Assembly (NCBI GenBank): GCA_965208905.1
Contig: OZ242365.1
Span: 544,001 to 608,000, forward strand
DNA length: 64,000 nt
Source of the DNA: Nitrosopumilaceae archaeon
Lineage (GTDB): Archaea; Thermoproteota; Nitrososphaeria; Nitrososphaerales; Nitrosopumilaceae
Direction: 5' to 3'
This document shows, one piece after another, positions 47,405 through 57,064 of the stretch; the stretch's first letter is position 1, and each line of letters starts with the position of its first letter. A program made the translations under genes and the position numbers. The notes under the pieces are model-generated. The model worked only from the letters and a program-made list of their open reading frames with translations, did no database searches and was not told where the DNA came from.

Positions 47405-48556
47405 TTAAACTGCCACCCCGGCTTTTCGTCCGAGTTCTTTGAGTGTCTTGACCCTTTTGATGCCCAGCATGCGGAATGCATCTCGGTAGAGTGTTTGTCC
47501 TTCAAGCGTACTAACTACCAGTGCACTAACGAATCTGTGCCCGACGCGAGAGAGAGTAAGCCTGTAAAAGTCTCCACCGCTACTATTCTGATCTGATGCC
47601 TGAAATTGTGCAATCTCACGATCCCAGCATGATTCAAAATCTGCACGGTCAATCCATTCTGCATCCAGAAGCCGTCGCAGTATGACCAGCGTACTGACCT
47701 TGAATGTACGCGCCAGACGCGATATGGTGTCGGGTAAAGACTCTTTATTGTTCAGTTCGGCGCCCAAAATGTCCAGCGGTACCAAAAATTCGGCGGCCAC
47801 CTTGTTACACCACTCCTCTTTGAGCAGGGGAGACTGTGTGGGCTTTACCCCCATGTTTGACAGGGCCGAAGATCCGAGCCAGATGTGAGCAAGTTCGTGT
47901 GCAAGCGTAAATATCTGCGCCGCCTTTGTATCGGAGCCGTTAATGAAGACTAGCGGTGCAAACGGATCAGATAGTGCAAAACCGCGAAACTCAGAGATGT
48001 CAAGACTGCGGTGATTGTTGCCCATTACCACCCCGCCGACCATTACAAGTACGCCTGCCCTATCAGCCTTTTGTATGAACAGGCGCAAAGCGTCAGTCCA
48101 TGAAGAGCATTCATTACGATCTTTAGCCTCAAAGTCAAGCGTATTGCGCATACGGGCCGCAACATTACTTGGCGACATGTCATGAGTGGCGCTACCGACA
48201 AATTCATGCTTAGAATGTTGTGACACGCGGGCGAACTCCCGATACCAACTCTGTCGTTCCTGACAGGTATGTATGGTGTCAATCAGGTCCGGACTCGGAC
48301 GGCTTACGGTCTGCCCATGCATGGTACGAAAGTCCGGAATGGGCAACGACTCTTTGGGCGGCTCACTCAGAAACAGATAGCCCACCGGAACGTGGACGGC
48401 ATCAGCGAATGCCTCTATCTGTCTGAGTGTGGGCTCTGCTTCTCCCGTCTCCCATTTATTCAACTTCTTGAACTTACCGGTCAAGTCCCCCTGTGCAAGG
48501 CCGGCGCGCTCCCGTGCCCATTTCAGGAGATGCGGGTTGACCGTGACACTGATCAT
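47405..48556 (-). CDS. XRE HTH plus ImmA/IrrE-family metallopeptidase
   Basis: N-terminal HTH (LKWARERAG...WETGEAEPT) and FTLAHELAHIW HExxH motif. Confidence 0.9.
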   Translation of the reverse strand: MISVTVNPHLLKWARERAGLAQGDLTGKFKKLNKWETGEAEPTLRQIEAFADAVHVPVGYLFLSEPPKESLPIPDFRTMHGQTVSRPSPDLIDTIHTCQERQSWYREFARVSQHSKHEFVGSATHDMSPSNVAARMRNTLDFEAKDRNECSSWTDALRLFIQKADRAGVLVMVGGVVMGNNHRSLDISEFRGFALSDPFAPLVFINGSDTKAAQIFTLAHELAHIWLGSSALSNMGVKPTQSPLLKEEWCNKVAAEFLVPLDILGAELNNKESLPDTISRLARTFKVSTLVILRRLLDAEWIDRADFESCWDREIAQFQASDQNSSGGDFYRLTLSRVGHRFVSALVVSTLEGQTLYRDAFRMLGIKRVKTLKELGRKAGVAV

Positions 48557-50184
48557 GAAACCTCCTCCGTAAACTTTCGCACCCGAATCTCTCCCGACAT
48601 CAATTTCGGCAGCAATGTATTCCTCTGAGCTACCAAGGTTCGAGATTCTATACGAATACTCTGGTTTCTGTCCAAAAGTGGTTTCATATGCCTACTCATT
48701 AATTTGAGGGTTACGTTATTTGGGATGGAGATCTTTGCTTCATGGATATGATGCCTCTGTATATGTCCCATGGTTGTTGCTTTATCTGATGCTATGTCCC
48801 GAAAGCCTGCCAAGTGTCGTCTTATTGAATGATAGTATAACCACTTTGGGTAGTCTACTGACTCAACTTTGAACAAATGTTGATTAAGTGCTCCTTCTCC
48901 ACCTGTCCAGATATCCAACACCAAGCTTCCGGACCAAGAAAATAACACATCCCCATCATGTATTTGGTATTGTTTAGGTATATTTCGACTTGCCACATTA
49001 GCTCTGTGTGTATTGCCGGCTCTTAACTGAGCAATTTTAATAACCGGTAATGATGGTCCGCCATTGGCCGGATACTTCTGCAATGCGAGACCGTTCAAAA
49101 ACGTAGCAATTTCATCCAACGCCTTTACTACCCACCCCTCCGGTATTTCACCAAGTTCCGAGTCCACCAAACGGTCTGGAAACATATCGTAATACTCGGC
49201 GGGAAGTCCTAAAAGTGACTCTCCCTGCTTCCAGCGCCCGTCCATCTTGGCACGAACGGGATCAAAGTCAACAAACCACGATTTGAACAGTGTACGGGCC
49301 ATCTCTTCCAGTGTTTGGTTCATTCGGCAGTTCAGCTCAATCTTGTCGTCCAGTGTTCTTAGGGTGTGCGCTATGCTACGCTGTTCATCCAGGGGTGGAA
49401 GCGGTATCTCTACAAAGCCGATATCGGTCTTACGCAATCCAAACCGTGTTATCCCATTCGCATATGATTGAAACTGATGCCGAGCCTCAACCGTATTCAG
49501 TGCATAGTACAGATAATTTCCATCGATCTTTGGAGTAGGACGGAGTATTGTAAGATGATAACCGCAGACTAGATTTGGTATATCGCCACGGACAAGAGCC
49601 GGCACACCAATGTCGTCGTGCTTTTCTGAGTCCTTGGTGATGATTACGTCACCATCTGACAGCAGACATTTGAAGATCTCATTTTCGGTTGCAGTAGCTG
49701 TCATAAAATCCATATCTGCATTAATGAAGGTATTATTATACACGTCTGTGTAGTTGCAGAGTCGGACCGGGCGTTCACCTTTTTTGGTTTTTTTATCTAC
49801 ACCACTTATTCTGAGATCAACAACATCCCTTAGTGAGACCATATGCCAGTTGTTTTCAGTATTACCCCTATCTTTTGTTATCGGAAAGATTATCTTCTGT
49901 GCATCTACGATCTGTCTGAAACCGTCAGTAACTTGGCTGAGGTCTATGACATCTACCTTGTACGGGATATCGGACTCCTCAAAGGCCGTCTCCAGCACCA
50001 CCATAACACCATAATCCAAGGCCGAGTCGCCCTCCAGCGCCAGATCCAAATCAGAAGAGTCCCTTGTGGTCCAGTCGGCTCTGCTCCCGAACACCCAGAC
50101 TTTAACGCCTACCGGAAGATATTTGCGCAAAATGTCAAGTATCATATCCATATGGTTTGGACTGATGTCAACTGGACTGCTCAA
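48553..50184 (-). CDS. hsdS: Type I R-M specificity subunit with an N-terminal minimal nucleotidyltransferase (MNT) domain
   Basis: Residues 1-100: VFGSRA...SDLDLAL...YKVDVID; then two TRDs with IPLPPLDEQ, SELGEIPEGW and RNTLLPKLMSGE. Confidence 0.9.
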   Translation of the reverse strand: MSSPVDISPNHMDMILDILRKYLPVGVKVWVFGSRADWTTRDSSDLDLALEGDSALDYGVMVVLETAFEESDIPYKVDVIDLSQVTDGFRQIVDAQKIIFPITKDRGNTENNWHMVSLRDVVDLRISGVDKKTKKGERPVRLCNYTDVYNNTFINADMDFMTATATENEIFKCLLSDGDVIITKDSEKHDDIGVPALVRGDIPNLVCGYHLTILRPTPKIDGNYLYYALNTVEARHQFQSYANGITRFGLRKTDIGFVEIPLPPLDEQRSIAHTLRTLDDKIELNCRMNQTLEEMARTLFKSWFVDFDPVRAKMDGRWKQGESLLGLPAEYYDMFPDRLVDSELGEIPEGWVVKALDEIATFLNGLALQKYPANGGPSLPVIKIAQLRAGNTHRANVASRNIPKQYQIHDGDVLFSWSGSLVLDIWTGGEGALNQHLFKVESVDYPKWLYYHSIRRHLAGFRDIASDKATTMGHIQRHHIHEAKISIPNNVTLKLMSRHMKPLLDRNQSIRIESRTLVAQRNTLLPKLMSGEIRVRKFTEEVS

Positions 50185-50185
50185 A

Positions 50186-50608
50186 TTATCCGTTCAACTC
50201 TTGCAGTCTATACAGAACATATCTTGCTTCATCCAAAAAGTTTACGGCACTTTCAAAAACTTTTTGCGCCTTGTCTTCATCATATGTATGACTAGTAATT
50301 CCCCGCCGTTTGCGGTACTCGCACCAGACAGAGACATCCGACTTTGCTATATCTTTTCCATGTGCCACTCGTATTATATCATTAAATGTCATGTCATCAA
50401 TCTCTTTTGGATTTTGCAAAGACATTACAATGCGACGCTTAATCATCTTGAACGTTAATTCATACGTATACTCAAAAGCCTGTATCGTTGCACTGCGAAA
50501 ATACTTTTTGGTCTCCGGCATACTTTCAGCTAGCTCGGAATTATACATATCCAACGACCCCCCCAATTGGGAAATGGCTTTTTGCAACGGTGTGAGTTCA
50601 AGTCTCAT
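50186..50608 (-). CDS. HEPN-type nucleotidyltransferase substrate-binding protein (HI0074 family)
   Basis: [19 protein letters not shown] and [10 protein letters not shown] (RxxxxH). Confidence 0.88.
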   Translation of the reverse strand: MRLELTPLQKAISQLGGSLDMYNSELAESMPETKKYFRSATIQAFEYTYELTFKMIKRRIVMSLQNPKEIDDMTFNDIIRVAHGKDIAKSDVSVWCEYRKRRGITSHTYDEDKAQKVFESAVNFLDEARYVLYRLQELNG

Positions 50609-52203
50609 GTCGTATTACCATACAATCCAAACAACTTTAAGTTTTGGTTAATTTTTTTATCCAGTTTCTTTGCCTCTGCTTGCTGCTGTATCAACTGCGC
50701 CGCTAATCTGGACATCTTTTGCTCGAACGGCTCGCCATCATCAGGCTGTGGCTCGGCTCCAACATATCGGCCCGGAGTAAGAATATAGTCGTGCTTGCGT
50801 ATTTCATCAAGTTTGGCACTCTTGCAGAATCCGGGCTTATCGGCGTATTTGTCTGTGTTTTGGTCACCACGCCAGGCGGCATACGTGCGGGCTATACGGT
50901 TTATGTCATCACCGGTCAGCTCGCGATGGGTTCGGTCCAACATCCGGCCCATACTGCGGGCATCAACAAACAGCACCTCGCCCCGCCGGCGATGCCTTCT
51001 TGTACGATCCCTAGACAAAAACCACAGGCAGGCGGGTATCTGGGTCGAATAGAAGAGCTGGCCAGGCAGTGCCACCATGCAGTCCACAAGGTCCGCTTCC
51101 ACCAAACTCCTGCGAATATCGCCCTCGCCGGACTGTTTGGATGACATTGAACCGTTGGCCAGTACAAACCCCGCCACACCGGAAGGTGCCAGATGGTGCA
51201 CCATGTGCTGCACCCAGGCAAAGTTGGCATTGCCCTTTGGCGGAGTTCCATAGACCCAGCGTCGGTCATTTTGTAGACGTTCGCCTCCCCACTCCGAGAC
51301 GTTAAAGGGCGGATTGGCCAAGATAAAGTCTGCCTTCAGGTCCAGGTGCTGGTCGTTGTGGAAACTGTCCCCGTGGGTTATCTGGCCCGCATCTATACCG
51401 CGTATGGCTAGGTTCATCTTGGCCAGTTGCCATGTGGTATAGTTTGATTCCTGACCATATATGGATATGTCCCCCACGGCTCGGCCCCCGTTACCGTTTC
51501 CGCTAGCGTGGGCGTGGATAAATTCGACTGACTGTACAAACATCCCTGCAGATCCGCAGCAGGGGTCGTAGACGCGCCCATTGTACGGTTGGAGCATCTC
51601 GACCAGCAACCTAACTACGCTCCGGGGCGTGTAGAACTCACCGCCTTTCTTGCCCTCGGCATTGGCAAACTGCGAGAGAAAGTATTCGTAGACACGGCCT
51701 AGCACGTCTTTGGATCTGGCCTCCTCATCACCCATACTTATGTTGCTGATCAGGTCAATTATCCTGCCCAGGCGCGTCTTGTCCAGGGACGGTCGGGCAT
51801 AGTTCTTTCGCAATACGTCCTTGATGGCCGGGTTCTCCCTTTCGATGGATGCCATGGCGCCATCTACAATCTGGCCGATTGTGGGTTGGCGAGCCTGGGC
51901 CTTGATATTTGACCAGCGGCCTTCAGGCGGCACCCAGAATATATTCTGGGCGCGGTACTCGTCGGGATCTTCAGGATCGGCATTCTGTTCCGTGTCCAGT
52001 CTGGCTTTGGCTTCCTCAAAGGCATCGGACACATATTTTAGAAAGATGAGGCCCAAGACGACATGCTTGTATTCGGCAGCATCCATGCTGCCCCTCAGCG
52101 TGTCGGCCATCTCCCACATCTCCGCCTCGATTACCGATGTGTTGTCGGCAGAAGATTTGGTTGCCTGCTTGTAACCAACTCGTTTATGCTCCGTTCTTGT
52201 CAT
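50605..52203 (-). CDS. hsdM: Type I R-M N6-adenine methyltransferase
   Basis: [30 protein letters not shown]. Confidence 0.96.
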   Translation of the reverse strand: MTRTEHKRVGYKQATKSSADNTSVIEAEMWEMADTLRGSMDAAEYKHVVLGLIFLKYVSDAFEEAKARLDTEQNADPEDPDEYRAQNIFWVPPEGRWSNIKAQARQPTIGQIVDGAMASIERENPAIKDVLRKNYARPSLDKTRLGRIIDLISNISMGDEEARSKDVLGRVYEYFLSQFANAEGKKGGEFYTPRSVVRLLVEMLQPYNGRVYDPCCGSAGMFVQSVEFIHAHASGNGNGGRAVGDISIYGQESNYTTWQLAKMNLAIRGIDAGQITHGDSFHNDQHLDLKADFILANPPFNVSEWGGERLQNDRRWVYGTPPKGNANFAWVQHMVHHLAPSGVAGFVLANGSMSSKQSGEGDIRRSLVEADLVDCMVALPGQLFYSTQIPACLWFLSRDRTRRHRRRGEVLFVDARSMGRMLDRTHRELTGDDINRIARTYAAWRGDQNTDKYADKPGFCKSAKLDEIRKHDYILTPGRYVGAEPQPDDGEPFEQKMSRLAAQLIQQQAEAKKLDKKINQNLKLFGLYGNTT

Positions 52204-52555
52204 AATCTATCATACAAGTAGTTCTTTTTACTACTTTATGCTTACGGATGCTGTCAGAAGGTGGAGATGTGTCAATTTACGTCTAGATGTCAGGCAGGAA
52301 AGATTCCCTAGGTTCACCCTCCGCAGCACGAAATTTAGGACCTACGTTTCTACCCCAGGCGCTATTTTTTAACAGGCGCTACTAACCTGACAGTCCGGTC
52401 TTTTTACAAGCACCAGCCAGGCTATCGGGCTCGTAAACGTTGTATAACCCCGGTCGTCGCCACGTACAAACTTGGGCTTTCATTCACCACAAGTGACAAA
52501 CAGCGTAGTTGCGTATCACTGCCATCCCATTCCATGTATCTTGAATGTACTGTAT

Positions 52556-52585
52556 ACTATCGGATCCTATTGTCCGCTAGTACGC
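52556..52585. repeat. 30-bp perfect inverted copy of 31851-31880
   Basis: ACTATCGGATCCTATTGTCCGCTAGTACGC is the exact reverse complement of GCGTACTAGCGGACAATAGGATCCGATAGT. Confidence 0.92.
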
Positions 52586-52835
52586 TCCACCTACATCACG
52601 GGACTCTGGTCCAGATTGTTCTAGATGCCACCACTAGTGGGAAGCCTGTGCATGATTTTTTGATATCATAAACATTACTTCAAAAAACAAAACACTTTCC
52701 TATACTAATTGTCTGGTGAGTTTGTAATACGTACTTGTATGCTTGTTATTGTGCGGGGTGGCCTCACATTTTGTAGACTTCTGAGATCAGGTGGCCTAAT
52801 TTTGGAACTAAATAATGCACGATTAAATCAACACG

Positions 52836-52849
52836 TCCCCCTAGACCCG
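52836..52849 (+). repeat. attR-like duplication of the tRNA-Lys 3' end
   Basis: TCCCCCTAGACCCG, identical to 13710-13723. Confidence 0.8.
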
Positions 52850-53524
52850 CAGATCTTCTGGCTGAATTCCACTTGTAAATTTGCCATCGATTTTATGCGG
52901 GTCGATCTTAATACGACGGGGGTAAGTTGTTCATATGCCTCCGGACATTATCTAGTTATTTATGATGCCAGATTGTTAGTTGCAGATCCTGCATCATCAC
53001 TCCCGAGTCCGCCCAAACCCCATCTGGTGTTGTTGAGAATTTGTTCCACCTCTACTGCCTTACTAGCCATTCACTCCGCGCAGTTCTTTCTGGAGAACTG
53101 CCATTTCCTCTATGGCGGCTTCGATCATCAGGCGCAACTCATGCAGTTTTTGCCGGTCAGCCTCATTGTCTGCGTTGCGAGCCGCAATTCTAGACATGAT
53201 GCCGAGTGCGGCGCTATAATCGTCGTCACTTTGCTTAGATAGTTTGTCTAGATTCTCTTTAGCCTAGACTTTCTCTCCTATTCGGACAAGGTAGTCTTTC
53301 ATCTCTCTGTACAGGCGGTTTCCTTTGCGGTATGTGCCCCAGACCCGTCAAAAAATGGTGTATTTTAGGTTCCGCTGTGCCGGTGTCCTTTCACCCGCGT
53401 GTGATGAACTCCCCAAACGGGAGAACACGAAATTTGGTCACAGTCGGATAGCTGTGCCGCCAGACACCTGTGAGCGCCAGTCCCGCGCCACCAGTCTTTT
53501 ATAGGTAGGTCGAGTACGGAACGC

Positions 53525-54160
53525 ATGCACCCCTGCCTGAACATGGCTCTGCGCGTGATGATTCAACCCAATTCCGCATTTACCGAGATACGCGATAACG
53601 ATCAAAGGTACTTTGCGTGGTCGGTCTGGATCTACGTACTCGGCGCCGTTCTGTGGGCAGTCATCACTGTTCCGTTGGACGATTCCGCTAGTGGGTATTG
53701 GGAGGCGGCGGTCCTGTCTACGGTGGTCTCCATACCAAGCGGAATCATCTCCATAGCTGTGATCTACTTGGTTGGAAGGCGGCTCGGCGGAAACGCGAGC
53801 TGGAGGAAGGTCTTCTCTGCTATCTTTTACGCGCATGTCTACGCCATTCCAATGTTCGTCGTACTGATGGCGCTAATGCTCCCGACCGTAGGCCTTATAC
53901 CACTGTATCCTCTGGACGGGCCGGGTCCAGCCGATGTTGGTATCCACGAAATAACCAGTGAATCCCTCAATGCTTTCCGGGACATCATCACGTTCTGGAT
54001 AGTCCTCACTATCATCATGGTCACGTTTGTCATCTGGGGGTTAGTGCTCTTGGTAAAGGCGGTAAAGACCGTCAACGGGTTCGGCACCGCTAAGGCGTTC
54101 GGCATCATCGTATTGGGGTCGGTGGTCTCGATCGTCATATTCGCGCCATTCAGCATATGA
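53525..54160 (+). CDS. Yip1-domain membrane protein
   Basis: RVMIQPNSAFTEI, VGRRLGGNASWRKVF and VKTVNGFGTAKA; five TM segments. Confidence 0.85.
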   Translation: MHPCLNMALRVMIQPNSAFTEIRDNDQRYFAWSVWIYVLGAVLWAVITVPLDDSASGYWEAAVLSTVVSIPSGIISIAVIYLVGRRLGGNASWRKVFSAIFYAHVYAIPMFVVLMALMLPTVGLIPLYPLDGPGPADVGIHEITSESLNAFRDIITFWIVLTIIMVTFVIWGLVLLVKAVKTVNGFGTAKAFGIIVLGSVVSIVIFAPFSI

Positions 54161-54362
54161 GACCGTATTCATGTTAGTGACATACGCGCCGCGTAGGTCT
54201 TGGGACGCGCCTACAGCATGCAGTCGGATTACAGCCGCTTCCAAGATGGGAAACGCCGAGCCGGTCCCACACTTTTATGGTTCTGTGTACTCATCGACAC
54301 CATACGCACCACCGTTTGTGTCATTCTGCTGACCGGACTGACGGCTCTAGTCCTCTCATTTA

Positions 54363-55472
54363 TAGTTGGGAGTATAAATAATCCTACATTCTGTTAGAAA
54401 GGCATAAATGATCAAAATTATTACCTAATTATATGAATAACCAAACTAATGCCCAAAAAATAAAGGCTGCCCTAAAACAGACTAAGAGTACAACGCAATA
54501 CGCCCGTATCGTAGCCGTAAATATGGTGCGCGTTAAAGGATATACCGTCTCTGCGGCAGCGGATGTGCTTGGTGTAGATCGTAGCACCATATATGATTGG
54601 CTTAATGTCTACGACCATAAAGGCCTGGATGGCCTCGCCGATGGTGCGAGGCCTGGCCGTCCATCTTTCGTACCGCGCCACACATTAGAGAATATAATTA
54701 ACAATACCAAACAATTCACCGCCTACGGATTTGTTAAACTGGCTGAGAAAAAGACCGGCATAAAATACAGCGAATCGCAAGCGCGCCGTATCCTTAGGTC
54801 TCTTGGGTTTACCATACGGAAGACTCCCCGGATATCCGACCGAATTCCACCAAGGAAAGATCTCGAAATCTGGCAGAAAGATGCCAAAAATGAGATAGAA
54901 ACATTGGAAAAAGACGGATTCACGCCTATAATGTCGGATGAAAGCCACCAAAATTTGAGCATGTTTGGCAGCGGCGCAGTCTATACACGCGGTGATGCCA
55001 TACCGGTACAAACACCACTCGGCAACCAGCGCCAGACCATATACGGCGGCATCACGCTGGACGGGCAGACATGCTATATGGCCGCTAGCAAGGCCAACGA
55101 CAGGTCCTTTATCAGGTATTTAAACAAGACAAAAAAACGGTTCGGCAAGGTTGCCGTAATACTGGACAATGCCGCATATCACAACTCTAGTCGTGTAAAG
55201 CGATACTTGAAAAAGAATAATAATTTCGTCAAACTGATATTCTTGCCTCCATACTCGCCGTTTTTAAATCCAGCCGAATGGTTATGGCTCAACGGCAAGG
55301 CAAGGATACGGCGAACTTTCAGGCGGCCGGCCAAAAGATATTTCCGAAGAAAAATCATGCTGATATACGAGTCACTGGAAATAAAGTTTGATCCGCGCAA
55401 TATTCTGTTCAGAAATTTGGACAGAATCCTGCCGGTGTAAAACTGGTGTCGGGTTATTTATGCACCTAACTA
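54363..55472 (+). mobile_element. IS630-family element, copy A (1110 bp), TA duplication
   Basis: Imperfect inverted ends TAGTTGGGAGTATAAATAATCC and GGGTTATTTATGCACCTAACTA, flanked by TA on both sides. Confidence 0.92.
54433..55440 (+). CDS. IS630 transposase
   Basis: HTH, SDES, LDNAAYH, LPPYSPFLNPAE. Confidence 0.93.
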   Translation: MNNQTNAQKIKAALKQTKSTTQYARIVAVNMVRVKGYTVSAAADVLGVDRSTIYDWLNVYDHKGLDGLADGARPGRPSFVPRHTLENIINNTKQFTAYGFVKLAEKKTGIKYSESQARRILRSLGFTIRKTPRISDRIPPRKDLEIWQKDAKNEIETLEKDGFTPIMSDESHQNLSMFGSGAVYTRGDAIPVQTPLGNQRQTIYGGITLDGQTCYMAASKANDRSFIRYLNKTKKRFGKVAVILDNAAYHNSSRVKRYLKKNNNFVKLIFLPPYSPFLNPAEWLWLNGKARIRRTFRRPAKRYFRRKIMLIYESLEIKFDPRNILFRNLDRILPV

Positions 55473-55673
55473 TACACACGCGCAGCAAACACCGGACCAG
55501 CTCCCGTTTATCACCACTTGGAAGACCGACACCGCCAACAGACCATCACCATCCCTTTAGTGTATTCCGGCTACCCAGGGAAACTCTGGTGTCGATAACT
55601 ACTATCTTGCATCCCCATAGTCTTTGACTATCCTAGCCGTAGAACCAACGGCCTCTTTAAGTCGGTAAAGTAA

Positions 55674-56138
55674 CTATGCGGACTCTCCGTCAATTAAAAG
55701 TATGGGGCAGGATACACGCTCTATAATTTTTCTAGAGATGCTGCCTAGTTTCAATACCCCCATTATCCCCGTCAACTTCCTTCTTTTTGCCATCACGATC
55801 AAGTCGCACTTTTCGGCAGCACTTATTCGCACTATCTCGTCGTCGGGATACCCGTGAACGACTACAGTATCGATCTCAATTCCGCTCTTTCCAAGTTCTG
55901 CCGCCTTTGCATCCAACTGCTTGCGCATTTCTCTTTTCATTTCGCTTCTTATCTGATTGAGACTCTCTGTAATCTTCTTTCTCTCGGAATACTCAAGCGA
56001 CAGTGGAATGGGCATGTTTTCAACAACATACAGTACCGTAATCTTTGCATGGTTGTCTTTGGCCATCATTACGGCATGCTGTAGGGCTTCGTCTCCTGCG
56101 CTGCTGCCTGCATGGGGGACCAGTATGTTTCTATACAT
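55674..56138 (-). CDS. Universal stress protein
   Basis: YRNILVP, GYPDDEIV, DLIVMA and LGSISRKIIERVSCPILLI. Confidence 0.92.
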   Translation of the reverse strand: MYRNILVPHAGSSAGDEALQHAVMMAKDNHAKITVLYVVENMPIPLSLEYSERKKITESLNQIRSEMKREMRKQLDAKAAELGKSGIEIDTVVVHGYPDDEIVRISAAEKCDLIVMAKRRKLTGIMGVLKLGSISRKIIERVSCPILLIDGESA

Positions 56139-56527
56139 GCCAACCTCCAGACGCAGAAACAGATGCCTTGCGCCACTGTTGGCTTTGCAGATGTTTCGAC
56201 TCCCGAGACTTTGTCGTGGACCTCTGCGCTGCCAGTAGTTTGAATTCTCGTCTTTGCCTATGTGCCGGCCTTGTAATTTTTTTCACCGGCTTGCTGCTTG
56301 GTATGATGGCTAGGCCGATGATAGTAGACCAAGCTACCAACAATAGAGAGTAAGAGGGGTTCTTGGTTTTTGAGGCTTGTAATTTTTGTTTTGGTTTATG
56401 GTGCAGCATCATTATAGAATGCATGGCGGAAACTGATAATTCGTTTCTACCCGACTTCCAGTTCAAACTCCTATCGCCACCATAGCATATCTTCCTATTT
56501 ACTGTATTTATATTGGTAGCAACTCAT

Positions 56528-56844
56528 TAGTTGGGATCAAAAGTAATCCCGTATCCTGTAAGGCATAAATGATCCCAGCTTCAACCCGGTGCATGAACGA
56601 CCAAACCGTGCCAAAAAAAATCAAGACGGTCATAAAACAAACCCGAGGCACATATGAGTATGGCCGTGTCATGACCATAAACATGATGCGTATCAAGGGA
56701 TTTGCCACATTGGTAGCGGCAGACGCGCTAGACGTTGACCGCAGAACCGTCAGCGACTGGCTTGACACTTACAACAGCAAACGCCGGGACAGTCTCGCCG
56801 ACGACGCGAGGGCGGTCCGGGCCAAAGGCAGATACTGGACATGA
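56528..56844 (+). pseudogene. Truncated, diverged relative of the IS630 copies
   Basis: Left end TAGTTGGGATCAAAAGTAATCC and N-terminus MNDQTVPKKIK...AADALDVDRRTVSDWL similar to copies A/B; DDE part missing. Confidence 0.8.
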
Positions 56845-57064
56845 TACTGAACATGATCTTGTACAAGGATCCCACGCATTATTGATTGTACGCGCAACTG
56901 GGACGAGCACTAAGACCTGATGTTGATACAAAAACACTAGATGCACACCGGGCCGGATTCGGATGGATGGCGCATGCGGAAAGAGGGTTAGATTGCAGCC
57001 AAAACCACTGTAGATGTCCAAAATGTATTCTTAATGAACCGAGCAGTTCAGGCAGCTGACGGCC

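Larger units (their letters stand above)
13710..52849. mobile_element. ~39 kb integrated element (genomic island) at tRNA-Lys
   Basis: 14-bp direct repeat TCCCCCTAGACCCG at 13710-13723 (tRNA 3' end) and 52836-52849; integrase 44 bp downstream of the tRNA; cargo is mobile and defence genes. Confidence 0.8.

Noticed and set aside
13768-52849. Provirus, casposon or conjugative element identity for the island
   Set aside because: No recognisable capsid, terminase, Cas1/PolB or VirB4/VirD4 genes.
52709-53242. 177-aa ORF spanning attR
   Set aside because: It crosses the predicted island boundary and starts at TTG; the opposite strand looks more like a broken coiled-coil gene that I could not identify.
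56131-56466. 111-aa ORF upstream of the USP gene
   Set aside because: TTG start, low-complexity basic sequence and no family signal; a shorter real gene cannot be excluded.
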